UHGV virus genome: UHGV-1356165
Source of the DNA: a virus
Direction: 5' to 3' (one strand)
DNA length: 44,902 nucleotides
This document shows, piece by piece, positions 10,997 through 19,856 of the stretch. The number at the start of each line of letters is the position of its first letter. The stretch's first letter is position 1. The notes below the pieces were generated by a model, which saw only the letters and a list, made by a program, of their open reading frames with translations, ran no database searches and had not been told where the DNA came from. The position numbers and the translations under genes were made by a program.

Positions 10997-11446
10997 TTAG
11001 TTTACTTCTTCGATACCGCCAGAAATACCTTCCAGAACGTATGTATGACCTGTCAACAATTGAGCAATGCCTGTGCCACCTGATTTACGAACAAGCGTGC
11101 CAGTGATGGTTTGCTTGCGTTTAACAGATGGATAATACAGTTGCAACTCAACTACGCGCGCTTCCATGTTGTTCATAAAGTCGTTATAAATAGTTTCAAA
11201 AGTTGAAATAGATTGACTATTTGCAGCAAGTGAAACAGTTGCAGTGGTTGTATGTGGAACCCAACCAATTGACAACTTACCATCCACACCAATTTGAGTT
11301 TGTGCGGTAGTCACTTCATCAAGTGAAGCAAATGCGTCAGATTGAGCGCCTGTAATTTTGATCCAGTCATCAAATACTCCAGCACAACGTAGCGATAAGA
11401 CGCTATTCGCGGCTGTAATTGTATTCGGATTTAATCCCATAGCCAT
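10997..11446 (-). CDS. Tail tube protein
   Basis: 149 aa. Directly downstream of the sheath gene. Confidence 0.55.
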   Translation of the reverse strand: MAMGLNPNTITAANSVLSLRCAGVFDDWIKITGAQSDAFASLDEVTTAQTQIGVDGKLSIGWVPHTTTATVSLAANSQSISTFETIYNDFMNNMEARVVELQLYYPSVKRKQTITGTLVRKSGGTGIAQLLTGHTYVLEGISGGIEEVN

Positions 11447-11459
11447 TATTTAGCCCCTT

Positions 11460-12926
11460 TTATTGTACGTTGGTTGAAGTCATTTCAATCTTCTGCATAG
11501 ACGAGCCGTCAGTATAGAAGAATTTAATGATAAATGATTTACGCTCAATTCGAGTATCTGTTGATGGTAGTGTCACAGATAAAACCCAGCCTTGCGTAAA
11601 CAATTGATTAGCAGCGTTCGCAATTCCTGACTCTTGAATCACTTGGAATTTTTGGGAATCAGATAAATTTACGCCTGCGCGGATACCACCAAAATTAATA
11701 CCCTGATCAATTGGATCTTGCATGTATGCTCGAAGTGCCGCAATACCATCTTGATTGTAAGGGATGGTTTTTTGTGAACGAAGTAAGTTTACCTCAGCCA
11801 ATTGAAAACCAGTGCTTAAAAATACCTGAAAATCAAAATTATCAATCCATTTATATTTGCCAGTTACAGCCCCAATCCCAGCCATCTGGAAACGGTTGCG
11901 AATTACAGCCCACGCGCCATAGAAAGAATAACCGTTAGCTTCAAGCGTAGTTGCGTCAGATTCGCGCGTTACGTCAGCCACTAAGCCTTCTTGTGTGCGG
12001 AATGCTGTAGTGGTTCGACCATTGGTTTCTTCATAGTTTACTGAACCAGATACGCCACAGAAAAACGCAGCTTTATCAAATGTTCCGTAAATTGGCACAA
12101 CGCCTGCTGTATTCTCTTTCGCCCACTCACCAAACGATAAGCCAGATTGGGATAGTGCCAAAGGGTCAAGTCCCCATGTATAAAGCTTGAAACGGCTGTC
12201 TTGTTGAGTCACCCAAGTTGCCATAGCTTTTAACGAGTCATCATCAAGCGTGCTGTCAGTGTAAGTAAAGTTCACAAAATCAGGTGAAAACTCTAATACA
12301 CGCTCTGTTACCGTTTCAGCAGTATCGGCAATTGTATTGTTGTTTAGTGTCGCAGCAGTGGCTTGTGTAAGCTTGAGTGTATTCGCTACAGCGCCAGAAC
12401 CGAACGTGACAGATGAACCTGCTCCCGTAGTTCCTGATTTAATGACAAATCCTTTTACGGTAGATTCGTAAGTTACAGGCACAGCTAATGCAGTCGCAAT
12501 CAATGCAGCAGCATCAGAAAGACTATTAGCGGTTGATAGGTTAACAGTTACGTTTTTAAGCGTTCCGTCAATTGTGATTGTTAGTGTTCCATTTACCGCC
12601 TGAATTTGCGCATCAGTTAAGCCTGATACATCACCACTTGTAAGCGATGCAGCAACATCAACCTTGTTGTATTGCGAAATGAATAGTGAGTTAGGTCGAG
12701 TGGTAGCGCCTTCAAAACCGTTAAAATACACTACAGCAAAATCGTAAATATCACTATTTAGGCCGTAGTGCTGACCAACCAGTGTGGCGCTTGAGTATTC
12801 ATAGTTAGGAAACACAGCTTCACTGGCTAGCAAAACCGTATTTAACCCCAATGGATTTCCACCACCACCAATAACGGCAGGGTAGACAGCAGCGATGTTT
12901 TTCGCTGGGATCGAGTTAAATTGCAT
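11460..12926 (-). CDS. Contractile tail sheath protein
   Basis: 488 aa. Size and position typical of Mu gpL / P2 FI sheath. Confidence 0.7.
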   Translation of the reverse strand: MQFNSIPAKNIAAVYPAVIGGGGNPLGLNTVLLASEAVFPNYEYSSATLVGQHYGLNSDIYDFAVVYFNGFEGATTRPNSLFISQYNKVDVAASLTSGDVSGLTDAQIQAVNGTLTITIDGTLKNVTVNLSTANSLSDAAALIATALAVPVTYESTVKGFVIKSGTTGAGSSVTFGSGAVANTLKLTQATAATLNNNTIADTAETVTERVLEFSPDFVNFTYTDSTLDDDSLKAMATWVTQQDSRFKLYTWGLDPLALSQSGLSFGEWAKENTAGVVPIYGTFDKAAFFCGVSGSVNYEETNGRTTTAFRTQEGLVADVTRESDATTLEANGYSFYGAWAVIRNRFQMAGIGAVTGKYKWIDNFDFQVFLSTGFQLAEVNLLRSQKTIPYNQDGIAALRAYMQDPIDQGINFGGIRAGVNLSDSQKFQVIQESGIANAANQLFTQGWVLSVTLPSTDTRIERKSFIIKFFYTDGSSMQKIEMTSTNVQ

Positions 12927-13407
12927 TAATAGACTCCAATTCGAATTGAGACACGTCCGTCACTATATTAACTGTTTTTTCATACTTTGTATTGTATTGC
13001 AAATCAAGGTCTAGCATAAACCTTAATTCGTATTGTCCCGCTTCATTCACAAAAGTTAAATCCCTAACTTGTGGCTGATTGAGTGGCACACATTCTTTTA
13101 AAATCTCGGTAGTGATTGGCGTATTCCAGCATGTTGCCACTTGTTGAGCTAAGTCATAAGAATCTTCACCATAAAAATCTAGCTGCATAACCCCTTTGAC
13201 TGAGTTAAACACAACAAGCTTATCATCCCAAACTGTATTTGAAAATTGATCAAGATGACCAGACGAGCGAAACGCCATAATGATAGCGTTCTGTGGGATA
13301 GGCTGATTGTTGTTGTACGCTTTGATAACTCGATTTGTGTCAGTGATTTCTAGCAGGCTAATCAAGTATTGACGCATATCAACATAAATCGGTTTTAATA
13401 TCTTCAC
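12916..13407 (-). CDS. Tail completion / sheath terminator-like protein
   Basis: 163 aa. Position upstream of the sheath gene. Confidence 0.35.
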   Translation of the reverse strand: MKILKPIYVDMRQYLISLLEITDTNRVIKAYNNNQPIPQNAIIMAFRSSGHLDQFSNTVWDDKLVVFNSVKGVMQLDFYGEDSYDLAQQVATCWNTPITTEILKECVPLNQPQVRDLTFVNEAGQYELRFMLDLDLQYNTKYEKTVNIVTDVSQFELESINAI

Positions 13408-13886
13408 GGCGCAAATACTCCCTGATTAAAAGGCTGTGTGCCTTGACCTGAGAAGCCAAAATATCGGGTATCACTTTTAGATATTTTACCTGTGTTTTGA
13501 ATCAGGATTTTTACCCAATCATTGTATGATTCTACAATCTTTTTCACATACCATTCTGTCGGATCGTCTTCGCCATAAGGTTTAATCACAAGAAATGTTG
13601 TGCCTAATTGCAAACCACGTCTAATAGCGGGAATCATGCCATCCGCATAAGCAAGCATAAACTCGCCTTGCTGGTTAGCAAATCCAAGATGCGCCAAGTC
13701 CTCAACGTCCATTGATTGCGTTTGAATAACTTTGGGTTGAGTTAAATAGGATGGTATCTGCGTTCCATCGTCTGACACGGTATAACCCGTACTAACACGT
13801 AGCAATGCTTCAATGTTTTCATTGACCGCTACTGTCATTGTATTGGCAAGCGCCCTGACTCTTAATGACATAAAAAAAAGCCCCAT
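13404..13886 (-). CDS. Tail or neck protein. Likely true start at the second Met (13871).
   Basis: 160 aa. The start region consists of a GGGCTTTTTTTT-ATG element with no SD. Confidence 0.35.
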   Translation of the reverse strand: MGLFFMSLRVRALANTMTVAVNENIEALLRVSTGYTVSDDGTQIPSYLTQPKVIQTQSMDVEDLAHLGFANQQGEFMLAYADGMIPAIRRGLQLGTTFLVIKPYGEDDPTEWYVKKIVESYNDWVKILIQNTGKISKSDTRYFGFSGQGTQPFNQGVFAP

Positions 13887-13938
13887 GTTGTATGAGACTT
13901 ATTTTAGCATTTTATTTAAAAACCAATAAAATAAAAAA

Positions 13939-14172
13939 TTATTTTATCAATTCAATTTCATGCTCTTCTACAGCCCAGCACTTTCCATCCTCACCAAGAC
14001 CATTTGCTTTATGCAGTTCATCCGATTCTTCAACATTAAACTGAACGTAAGGAGCAGTATCAATATCCAAAACAACACCTGTAACTCCGTTCTTTAAAAT
14101 GCTTGGATTTCCATTTGATGCAACCAATACAACCTTATCACCAATTTTAAATTTATTCATAATAACCTCCAA
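13939..14172 (-). CDS. Accessory gene: 77-aa standalone copy of a small domain also found at the N-terminus of 39442..40206
   Basis: Own promoter (14186..14214) and GGAGGT RBS. About 60% identity to residues 3-75 of the 254-aa membrane protein. Confidence 0.5.
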   Translation of the reverse strand: MEVIMNKFKIGDKVVLVASNGNPSILKNGVTGVVLDIDTAPYVQFNVEESDELHKANGLGEDGKCWAVEEHEIELIK

Positions 14173-14185
14173 TAGTTGAGTGTTG

Positions 14186-14214
14186 ATTATATATTTATAT
14201 AAAACTTAATGCAA
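14186..14214 (-). promoter_or_regulatory. Promoter cassette copy b: TTGCAT-17-TATAAT
   Basis: -35 at 14209..14214 and -10 at 14186..14191 on the minus strand. GGAGGT-N4-ATG downstream. Confidence 0.6.
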
Positions 14215-14216
14215 CA

Positions 14217-14648
14217 CTAATTATCAACAATTTCATAATTAATTGAGTCATGCATTAACATAGTGTCGCGAAGTGGCGAATTTTTACCCTTCTTAGCAAT
14301 AGTTGCAGGCGCGTTAGGTGGATTGTTAAAGGTGATGATCGTATATTGAATATCTTGAGTCATCTGCATACCAACCAAGCCTAGAATCTTTTCAATAGTA
14401 TAGCCCGCCCTAGCACCCTTCACGGCTAATTCACCCCATGCCTTTTTGTGTTCCGCAATAGTGTCACGAAAGAATGGACGGCTCGGAATATTCTTAAACC
14501 CATATTCGTTCTTATACGCCACTGTAGCTACTTTAGTTCCATCAGGGTAAGTAGAGTTCTCCATGACCCCAACTTTAACGTGCTGAGCATTTGACGAGAT
14601 TAAGCGGTTTAATGCTTGGTCTAGTGAGCCTGAGATTTTTATTGCCAT
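14217..14648 (-). CDS. Virion morphogenesis / head-tail joining protein
   Basis: 143 aa. Position in the head-tail connector region. Confidence 0.35.
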   Translation of the reverse strand: MAIKISGSLDQALNRLISSNAQHVKVGVMENSTYPDGTKVATVAYKNEYGFKNIPSRPFFRDTIAEHKKAWGELAVKGARAGYTIEKILGLVGMQMTQDIQYTIITFNNPPNAPATIAKKGKNSPLRDTMLMHDSINYEIVDN

Positions 14649-14673
14649 AAAAAAGCCCTATGTTGTATAGGGC
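14649..14673 (-). terminator. Intrinsic terminator abutting the start codon of 14217..14648
   Basis: GCCCTA-tgttgta-TAGGGC hairpin (14655..14673). The U6 tract (14649..14654) runs directly into the ATG. Confidence 0.55.
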
Positions 14674-14681
14674 TGATTATA

Positions 14682-14993
14682 TCATTTATTTATTTTTGGT
14701 TTTAGAGTGTCAATAATTTGACCATTTTCATTTCTAACATAATAAGGAAGATTGTTTTCCATATTGTATTTAAGCTGATTTAGTTGACCAATAACAACAT
14801 CAATACTCCCTAAATTATTAAAATGCATAACCATCAAAACTTCATTTTCATCCAAATACCTGTCTTTTGATATTGTCTCTCCAACTATACCATTGCCATT
14901 TTTTCCAATAATTAGTGAATATTTTTCCTTGTGACAACCCTGCATAACTTCAAGATCACCAAAACCAAAATCCAACTCTAAAGCCTTGTTCAT
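14682..14993 (-). CDS. Accessory gene, 103 aa, unknown function
   Basis: Own RBS (GAGGAttgaaaaATG) and a TATAAT at 15080..15085 upstream. Terminator immediately downstream. Confidence 0.45.
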   Translation of the reverse strand: MNKALELDFGFGDLEVMQGCHKEKYSLIIGKNGNGIVGETISKDRYLDENEVLMVMHFNNLGSIDVVIGQLNQLKYNMENNLPYYVRNENGQIIDTLKPKINK

Positions 14994-15136
14994 TTTTCAA
15001 TCCTCATTGATACCTAAAAAATTAGTGTGGCAGTCATGTAGGTTGCATGATGTTCGGGTGCTACCCTAGCCACAAAACAATTATATCATTCATCACCAAC
15101 ACATAAACGTGAATAAAATTCACCTTATTTAAATTT

Positions 15137-15250
15137 GATGAATAATTTTAAGTATGCAAATTTTGCATAGATGAATGAATTAACAATAAACCAAACAAAG
15201 ATGAATTATTTTCACTTAACGACTTTTGATCAAATGCTATAATTCATCTA
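15137..15250. repeat. Iteron-like array: AGATGAAT(T/G)A(A/T)T three times direct (15137, 15169, 15199) and once inverted (15240..15250)
   Basis: Read directly from the sequence. Spacing about 30-40 bp. Confidence 0.5.
15154..15168. promoter_or_regulatory. 15-bp perfect palindrome ATGCAAA-T-TTTGCAT. Two back-to-back copies of the TTGCAT -35-like hexamer. Candidate operator.
   Basis: Direct reading. Sits between the GATGAAT repeats. Confidence 0.45.
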
Positions 15251-15612
15251 TTGCTTACAACCAGTGTGAAACTAAGCAAATCGGTTATGTGGTCGGAACA
15301 ACTATAACGGCAGCGCATAGCTTAAATAATCCTGTACTGTGAGGGTCAAGCAAACAGGAATCTGTTGGAATGGTCAGAAATGGCGTAGTGAGCAGAGCTT
15401 GGGGCAAGTTAAATTGTCGTATTCACTAACTAAAGCAAATTTAACAAAGGCTTTAGACTTTAATCGAAGGGTCGGCTCCAGTAGCATACTTTGATAAAGT
15501 TAATGTTCAAGATAGTTTTTTATAGACTGTCTTAGGATGAATATTAACTTTTTCTCTCAGAATCTCACCAATAGCATATATACATACTACTTAATTAAAT
15601 AGAGTTAGGAAA

Positions 15613-15837
15613 ATGAGTAAAAAATCAAAAACACCGAAACTGAACTTAAAAAAAGATCAAATTCAAGAATTGGAAAATTGGCTCATCACCAAAGGCGCGG
15701 ACATTGTTTCCATTAAAAACAAGGGTGAGCTAATCAGATTCATCTTTGAAGGTCGATGCGGTTTAATCTACAACACATTCAGAGCCAATCCACTTGGTAC
15801 GCAATTGGCTAAAGTCTTCCTGATTACCCACAAATAA
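15613..15837 (+). CDS. Small basic protein (74 aa). The only plus-strand gene inside the structural region.
   Basis: AGGAAAatgagt RBS. Own plus-strand terminator. Convergent to the neighbouring minus-strand operon. Confidence 0.5.
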   Translation: MSKKSKTPKLNLKKDQIQELENWLITKGADIVSIKNKGELIRFIFEGRCGLIYNTFRANPLGTQLAKVFLITHK

Positions 15838-15855
15838 CCGAGTGGGTTTTTTTTG
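15826..15855 (+). terminator. Rho-independent terminator of the plus-strand gene
   Basis: ACCCAC-aaataaccga-GTGGGT followed by T8. Confidence 0.6.
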
Positions 15856-15905
15856 GGTTTGCGTTCGGTTCTATTTTGCAATACGTTCGCATAACGACTG
15901 CATAA

Positions 15906-15929
15906 TAAAAAACCCTCACTAGGAGGGTT
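15906..15929 (-). terminator. Terminator of the minus-strand accessory operon
   Basis: AACCCTC-actag-GAGGGTT with U7 on the minus strand. Confidence 0.6.
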
Positions 15930-16119
15930 AATCTGAACTAATCACTTCGTTATAACACATGGCGTGAAAGAAAAGTAAAAGCACTGTAATGACGCCATTT
16001 AATATCCAAAAAAAGTCTGGTTTTTGAACCAAATTAAACAATGTATACCCAAAGTTTATAAGATTAGCGCTTATCAAGAAGCCAAGCGCCAAACCAAATT
16101 TAAAGTTAATCTTCTCCAT
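15928..16119 (-). CDS. Small membrane protein (63 aa, two predicted TM helices)
   Basis: Hydrophobic segments (LALGFLISANLINFGYTLF and ILNGVITVLLLFF). Coupled to the upstream gene. Confidence 0.5.
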   Translation of the reverse strand: MEKINFKFGLALGFLISANLINFGYTLFNLVQKPDFFWILNGVITVLLLFFHAMCYNEVISSD

Positions 16120-16120
16120 T

Positions 16121-16708
16121 TTATAAACTCCATTTTATGACAATGAAAAGTACTGCAATCATAAAAACAAGCACCACCATAGGCATATAATATAAAACAT
16201 GATCCAATATTTTTGGAGGAAATTCTATAATTTCAACTTTCGTTTTCATTTTTTGTGAAACTTCTTCCTTTAAGTCTTTTTTAGAAATTTTAGCTTCATA
16301 ACCCATAAACAATTTACTCCAAGAAGTTTCTGATCCTATTGTATATTTTTTATTTAAAAAATTTAAAATCATAACTTCTAATTCTCCAAAGTTTATTTTG
16401 TTTTGAGCACACCAGTTAATATAATCAACACCATTTACGTAAAAAGTGGTTGAGTACTCAAGAAGCTTAACAATTGCATCACCTTTAAAATCTGTCACTT
16501 CGCTTATTGCAAAGTTGTAAGCTTTATATAGATTTGTATATTCATTACCTGTCACAAACTCCTTTCTAATAAAAAAATCCATAGGCTCTTTTATATCTTC
16601 AAAAAGCTTTTCTGTGCATTGCTTAATAAGCGCTTGTTCGTCATTGTAAGCTTTCTCAATCTCTAATAGTTCTGTTTCGTAATCTCTAACTTTCATACCA
16701 ACCTCCAT
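16121..16708 (-). CDS. Membrane-anchored protein: soluble N-terminal domain of about 165 aa plus one C-terminal TM helix. Likely start at the second ATG (16696).
   Basis: C-terminal YYMPMVVLVFMIAVLFIVIKWSL. GGAGGT-N4-ATG upstream. Very AT-rich. Own promoter. Confidence 0.5.
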   Translation of the reverse strand: MEVGMKVRDYETELLEIEKAYNDEQALIKQCTEKLFEDIKEPMDFFIRKEFVTGNEYTNLYKAYNFAISEVTDFKGDAIVKLLEYSTTFYVNGVDYINWCAQNKINFGELEVMILNFLNKKYTIGSETSWSKLFMGYEAKISKKDLKEEVSQKMKTKVEIIEFPPKILDHVLYYMPMVVLVFMIAVLFIVIKWSL

Positions 16709-16720
16709 AAGTAATAATTC

Positions 16721-16749
16721 ATTATATAAATATATAAAAATAAATGCAA
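16721..16749 (-). promoter_or_regulatory. Promoter cassette copy c: TTGCAT-17-TATAAT
   Basis: -35 at 16744..16749 and -10 at 16721..16726 on the minus strand. Confidence 0.6.
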
Positions 16750-16885
16750 CAAGTAATTAGGCAATACATAAAATAAACCCCCATCATGTGACAGGGGTTT
16801 TATGTTATTGGTGGCTATAAGTCCCAAGCCTCTAGTCCAAGACCAGTACCTTCACCAATAAAACCATCATAGCCTTCATCTTTCA

Positions 16886-17322
16886 TCACATTCTCCAAAA
16901 TCTTAATTTGTTTCTGTTAACAGGCATAGGCGCTTCCGCACCAATCCAAAGGGCAGTGCGCCACGGCGAAGTCTTAGCATAGAATTCAGCACCGTATGGC
17001 GTAGCTTTAAGCCATTGCTCCATAGCCCCCGACCCCATAGGATAATCAGTGCTAATTGACACACTACCTTCTGTAGCTGATGAAATGCGTCCTACAATCC
17101 CTGTGTTTCCGCTAGTGATCCTGTTTTGCAATTCAGCTTTATGAGCCACTAAAAGCCAATACCACAACTTGCGATTTTTCAAGCTAATGCAAGACGTTTC
17201 GCTATTATCAAGCAAGCCTTCAATAGATTCAAAAAGTAGGTTAACTGCTCGTTTGAATAGCTATTGAATTGCGGAAACGCAAGCTTAAACGCATCAGGAT
17301 CAAAAACAAAAACATTGGACAT
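16886..17322 (-). pseudogene. DUF4054-like head-tail joining gene split by a -1 frame break (or a homopolymer indel)
   Basis: ATG at 17322 gives MSNVFVFDPDAFKLAFPQFNSYSNEQLTYF... and stops at 17173. The remainder (..LLVAHKAELQNR..) continues in the next frame from about 17262 to 16886. A5 run at 17231..17235. Confidence 0.45.
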
Positions 17323-17324
17323 GC

Positions 17325-17675
17325 TTACACCTCGTCAGAGTCTTTTTTAGCACCAGTTGCTTTGTCTAACTCTTGTGTAGTTTTTTGGTCAAGACCAGAT
17401 TTAACACCTTTCAATTCTTTGGCTTGAGCCTTTGCCGAGCTTTCAGACTTAGTTTCGTAAATATGTTGATTAATGCAAATCGGGTGATTCTTATAAGTTT
17501 CGCGCCACTTATCCCAAAATGATTTGTCAATATCGGTTGTTAGTCCGATCTTTTCGTCACGGTCAACCATGATAAAACCATCTGGTGAATTGTAGCCGTT
17601 AATTTTCTTTTTAACTCCGTCAACCTCTAGGGTTAAACCAGCTGGAAGTTTACAAGCAATCATTACTGTAGCCAT
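17325..17675 (-). CDS. Head-tail region hypothetical protein (116 aa)
   Basis: Position only. Confidence 0.4.
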   Translation of the reverse strand: MATVMIACKLPAGLTLEVDGVKKKINGYNSPDGFIMVDRDEKIGLTTDIDKSFWDKWRETYKNHPICINQHIYETKSESSAKAQAKELKGVKSGLDQKTTQELDKATGAKKDSDEV

Positions 17676-17678
17676 TGT

Positions 17679-17804
17679 TTACGCTCCTAAATATGCAAAA
17701 TCTGCAAGTTTTTTAATTGTAGCCAATGCAGCATCATCTGGATAATTACCAGTGATTTTAATGTGATCAAGAATAAGTTGAGCCTTGAAGTGTTCGTAAC
17801 TCAT
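17679..17804 (-). CDS. Unannotated 41-aa ORF
   Basis: ATG at 17804. Stop at 17679 abuts the next gene start. Below the ORF-track size threshold. Confidence 0.25.
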   Translation of the reverse strand: MSYEHFKAQLILDHIKITGNYPDDAALATIKKLADFAYLGA

Positions 17805-17832
17805 GTCTGAATCCTCTTTAAAGATATTAAGA

Positions 17833-18249
17833 TTATACATCACAAATATAAGTAAAACTAACTTTTGCTATGAATGTGTCTGTGGCAGACGTTCGTAATG
17901 ACATCATGTTCGAAGCATGATTGTAGTATACCAATCCTAATGTGTCTCCATAATTGTCACCAAGCGCCTGTGTGTAAAAATCCATTACAGGTTTAAACTC
18001 AGCAGGAAATGAAAATAATTCACTTTGACCACCAAGCGCCATAGGGTTTATAAATGTTAAAACCAGTTGGCACAGATTGCCTACACGGTAAATGACACCT
18101 GAACCACCACCTGTTAATACATCGAAGTTTAGAATTCCAATTCCAGACAAGTCTGCTAAGCAGTCCTCAATCCTGTTTAGATTGGTTGCGTTAATTGGTG
18201 TCTCGGTGCTTGGTTTGTTTTTCCAATCTGTTTTTTGAAACTGTGGCAT
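17833..18249 (-). CDS. Hypothetical head protein (138 aa)
   Basis: Downstream of the capsid gene. Confidence 0.4.
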   Translation of the reverse strand: MPQFQKTDWKNKPSTETPINATNLNRIEDCLADLSGIGILNFDVLTGGGSGVIYRVGNLCQLVLTFINPMALGGQSELFSFPAEFKPVMDFYTQALGDNYGDTLGLVYYNHASNMMSLRTSATDTFIAKVSFTYICDV

Positions 18250-18357
18250 TTTACTTCTCCAATAAAAAAGGTATCATTTCGGTGATACCTTTTAATTTAG
18301 CTTTGTGGGTATAAATCCTCGCTCGGATACAAATCCAAAGCAGGGAACAACCCGTTA

Positions 18358-19350
18358 TCAGGGCGTATTGGTTGCCAACTGGTTAGCAATTAAAAATGGA
18401 CGGTAGATAATCGCACCAAGTGTTGATTGACTGCGCTTTTGATACCAAGAAGATGTACGAACATCAACAGCATGAACACGTAGCTTTTCAACAAACGCAA
18501 GGTCTAGTGTATCCTGACCCAACCAGCTATCAACTACAAGCTGAATCTTTTCTCCTGCATCAGTTGAATATTGCGGAACACCGATAACTTCAAGGTTAGG
18601 GAAGTTTTTCTTGATTGTATCCCAAGCATTCAAGCCAAATTGGTTGACCGCGTGCAGCTTGGCCTTCATCACTGGCGACAAAATCAAAGTCATTTTGGCA
18701 TTTTGATCTGCAAAAACACCATTCGATTGTTCAACTAATTGCGTGTAAAGGCGCAGCACTTCATTGTAGAGCTGCTCAGCAGTCAAGCTATACCAGTTAG
18801 CGCCTACAGAATCAGGTAGCAAACTAGGGTCATTCAACATACCGTAGTTTTTAAGACCAGCTACACCGTAGATATAGATGTAGTTTTGAGTTTGATTAAG
18901 CGTCAATGTTGCAGCCTTGATCTTTTGTTCAGCAAGTGGGATACGATACTGTGCAGCACGCTCTTGCTCTAACTCACCAATAGTAATGTTTGTTTGATAA
19001 CGGTAAGGCTGGCGAAATTCCCAGTTTACGTTATTCTCAGACATACCATTGTCATTGTAATCGCCATAACTAGACGTTTGACCGTAAAGCTCAGAGATTG
19101 CAATGCTTACTTGCATATCAGCACTTGAACCCATTTGACGCTCGCCAAATGTTTCACCAAGAATCATTGGTGCGGTTAGTGTTTCAATGAATCCAGGAAC
19201 AATAAACGTGCTTAGAAAAGCAGGAATACCACTGTTCGCAATTGTTTGTGCCACACCGCCATTAATATCATCCATTGCCAAGACAGTAGCGTTTGGATTC
19301 AAATTCATGTTGTAGCGTTGGTTTAACACATGAATATCGTATGAGTTCAT
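18358..19350 (-). CDS. Major capsid protein
   Basis: 330 aa. Follows the scaffold and decoration genes in the usual order. Confidence 0.6.
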   Translation of the reverse strand: MNSYDIHVLNQRYNMNLNPNATVLAMDDINGGVAQTIANSGIPAFLSTFIVPGFIETLTAPMILGETFGERQMGSSADMQVSIAISELYGQTSSYGDYNDNGMSENNVNWEFRQPYRYQTNITIGELEQERAAQYRIPLAEQKIKAATLTLNQTQNYIYIYGVAGLKNYGMLNDPSLLPDSVGANWYSLTAEQLYNEVLRLYTQLVEQSNGVFADQNAKMTLILSPVMKAKLHAVNQFGLNAWDTIKKNFPNLEVIGVPQYSTDAGEKIQLVVDSWLGQDTLDLAFVEKLRVHAVDVRTSSWYQKRSQSTLGAIIYRPFLIANQLATNTP

Positions 19351-19361
19351 TCAGCTACCCC

Positions 19362-19856
19362 TTATTTCGCTGTAATTTTGATGATAGAGTTCGCTGCGCC
19401 AACAGTAGCAACAGAAAACGGCGTTTCAGTGTAGCCTGAAATTGTAGCACCAGCAGCACCAGTTTGAATTGTGCCATTCGTGTTTGAAGCAAATACTTTT
19501 TGGCCAACAGTTGCGGCAGTGGTTGTCACAGCATAAAAATCACCACGATCATGCAGAGTAACTTCAACACCTGACGGAATTAAATTGCCGTATGATGTTT
19601 GCCATTGGGTAATCACTGCAATGTTTGAGTTGCGGCTTACAAAACCAAGCGCGTAATTGGTTGTGTCAGCAGGCTTAGCGTTTGTGGTAGTGCCGTCAAC
19701 AAGTGACGCCCAAGCAAATGCAGCAATTGTCACGCCAGCAGTTCCAGCGACAAACTGAAATGCGCCTGCGATGACAGAATGGTATGGGCCAATTGAAGCG
19801 AAAGCACCAGCCACGCCAATTGGGTTATATAAATTCACATTAGTTTGAAAAGCCAT
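19362..19856 (-). CDS. Head protein (possible decoration or DUF2190-like)
   Basis: 164 aa, Ala/Gly/Thr-rich. Lies between scaffold and capsid. Confidence 0.4.
   Translation of the reverse strand: MAFQTNVNLYNPIGVAGAFASIGPYHSVIAGAFQFVAGTAGVTIAAFAWASLVDGTTTNAKPADTTNYALGFVSRNSNIAVITQWQTSYGNLIPSGVEVTLHDRGDFYAVTTTAATVGQKVFASNTNGTIQTGAAGATISGYTETPFSVATVGAANSIIKITAK

Larger units (their letters stand above)
14994..15612. promoter_or_regulatory. 620-bp noncoding region, AT-rich half with repeats plus a GC-richer, possibly structured half
   Basis: No ORF in any frame (dense stops). Contains GATGAAT repeats, a 15-bp perfect palindrome, and several short stems (for example GTTAAATT 15407..15414 paired with AATTTAAC 15439..15446). 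Confidence 0.45.

Noticed and set aside
14994-15612. Possible protein-coding gene or retron-like msr/msd in the 620-bp gap
   Set aside because: Stop codons in all six frames. No reverse transcriptase gene adjacent. No long-range a1/a2 inverted repeats found by eye. Kept only as a candidate regulatory or ncRNA region.
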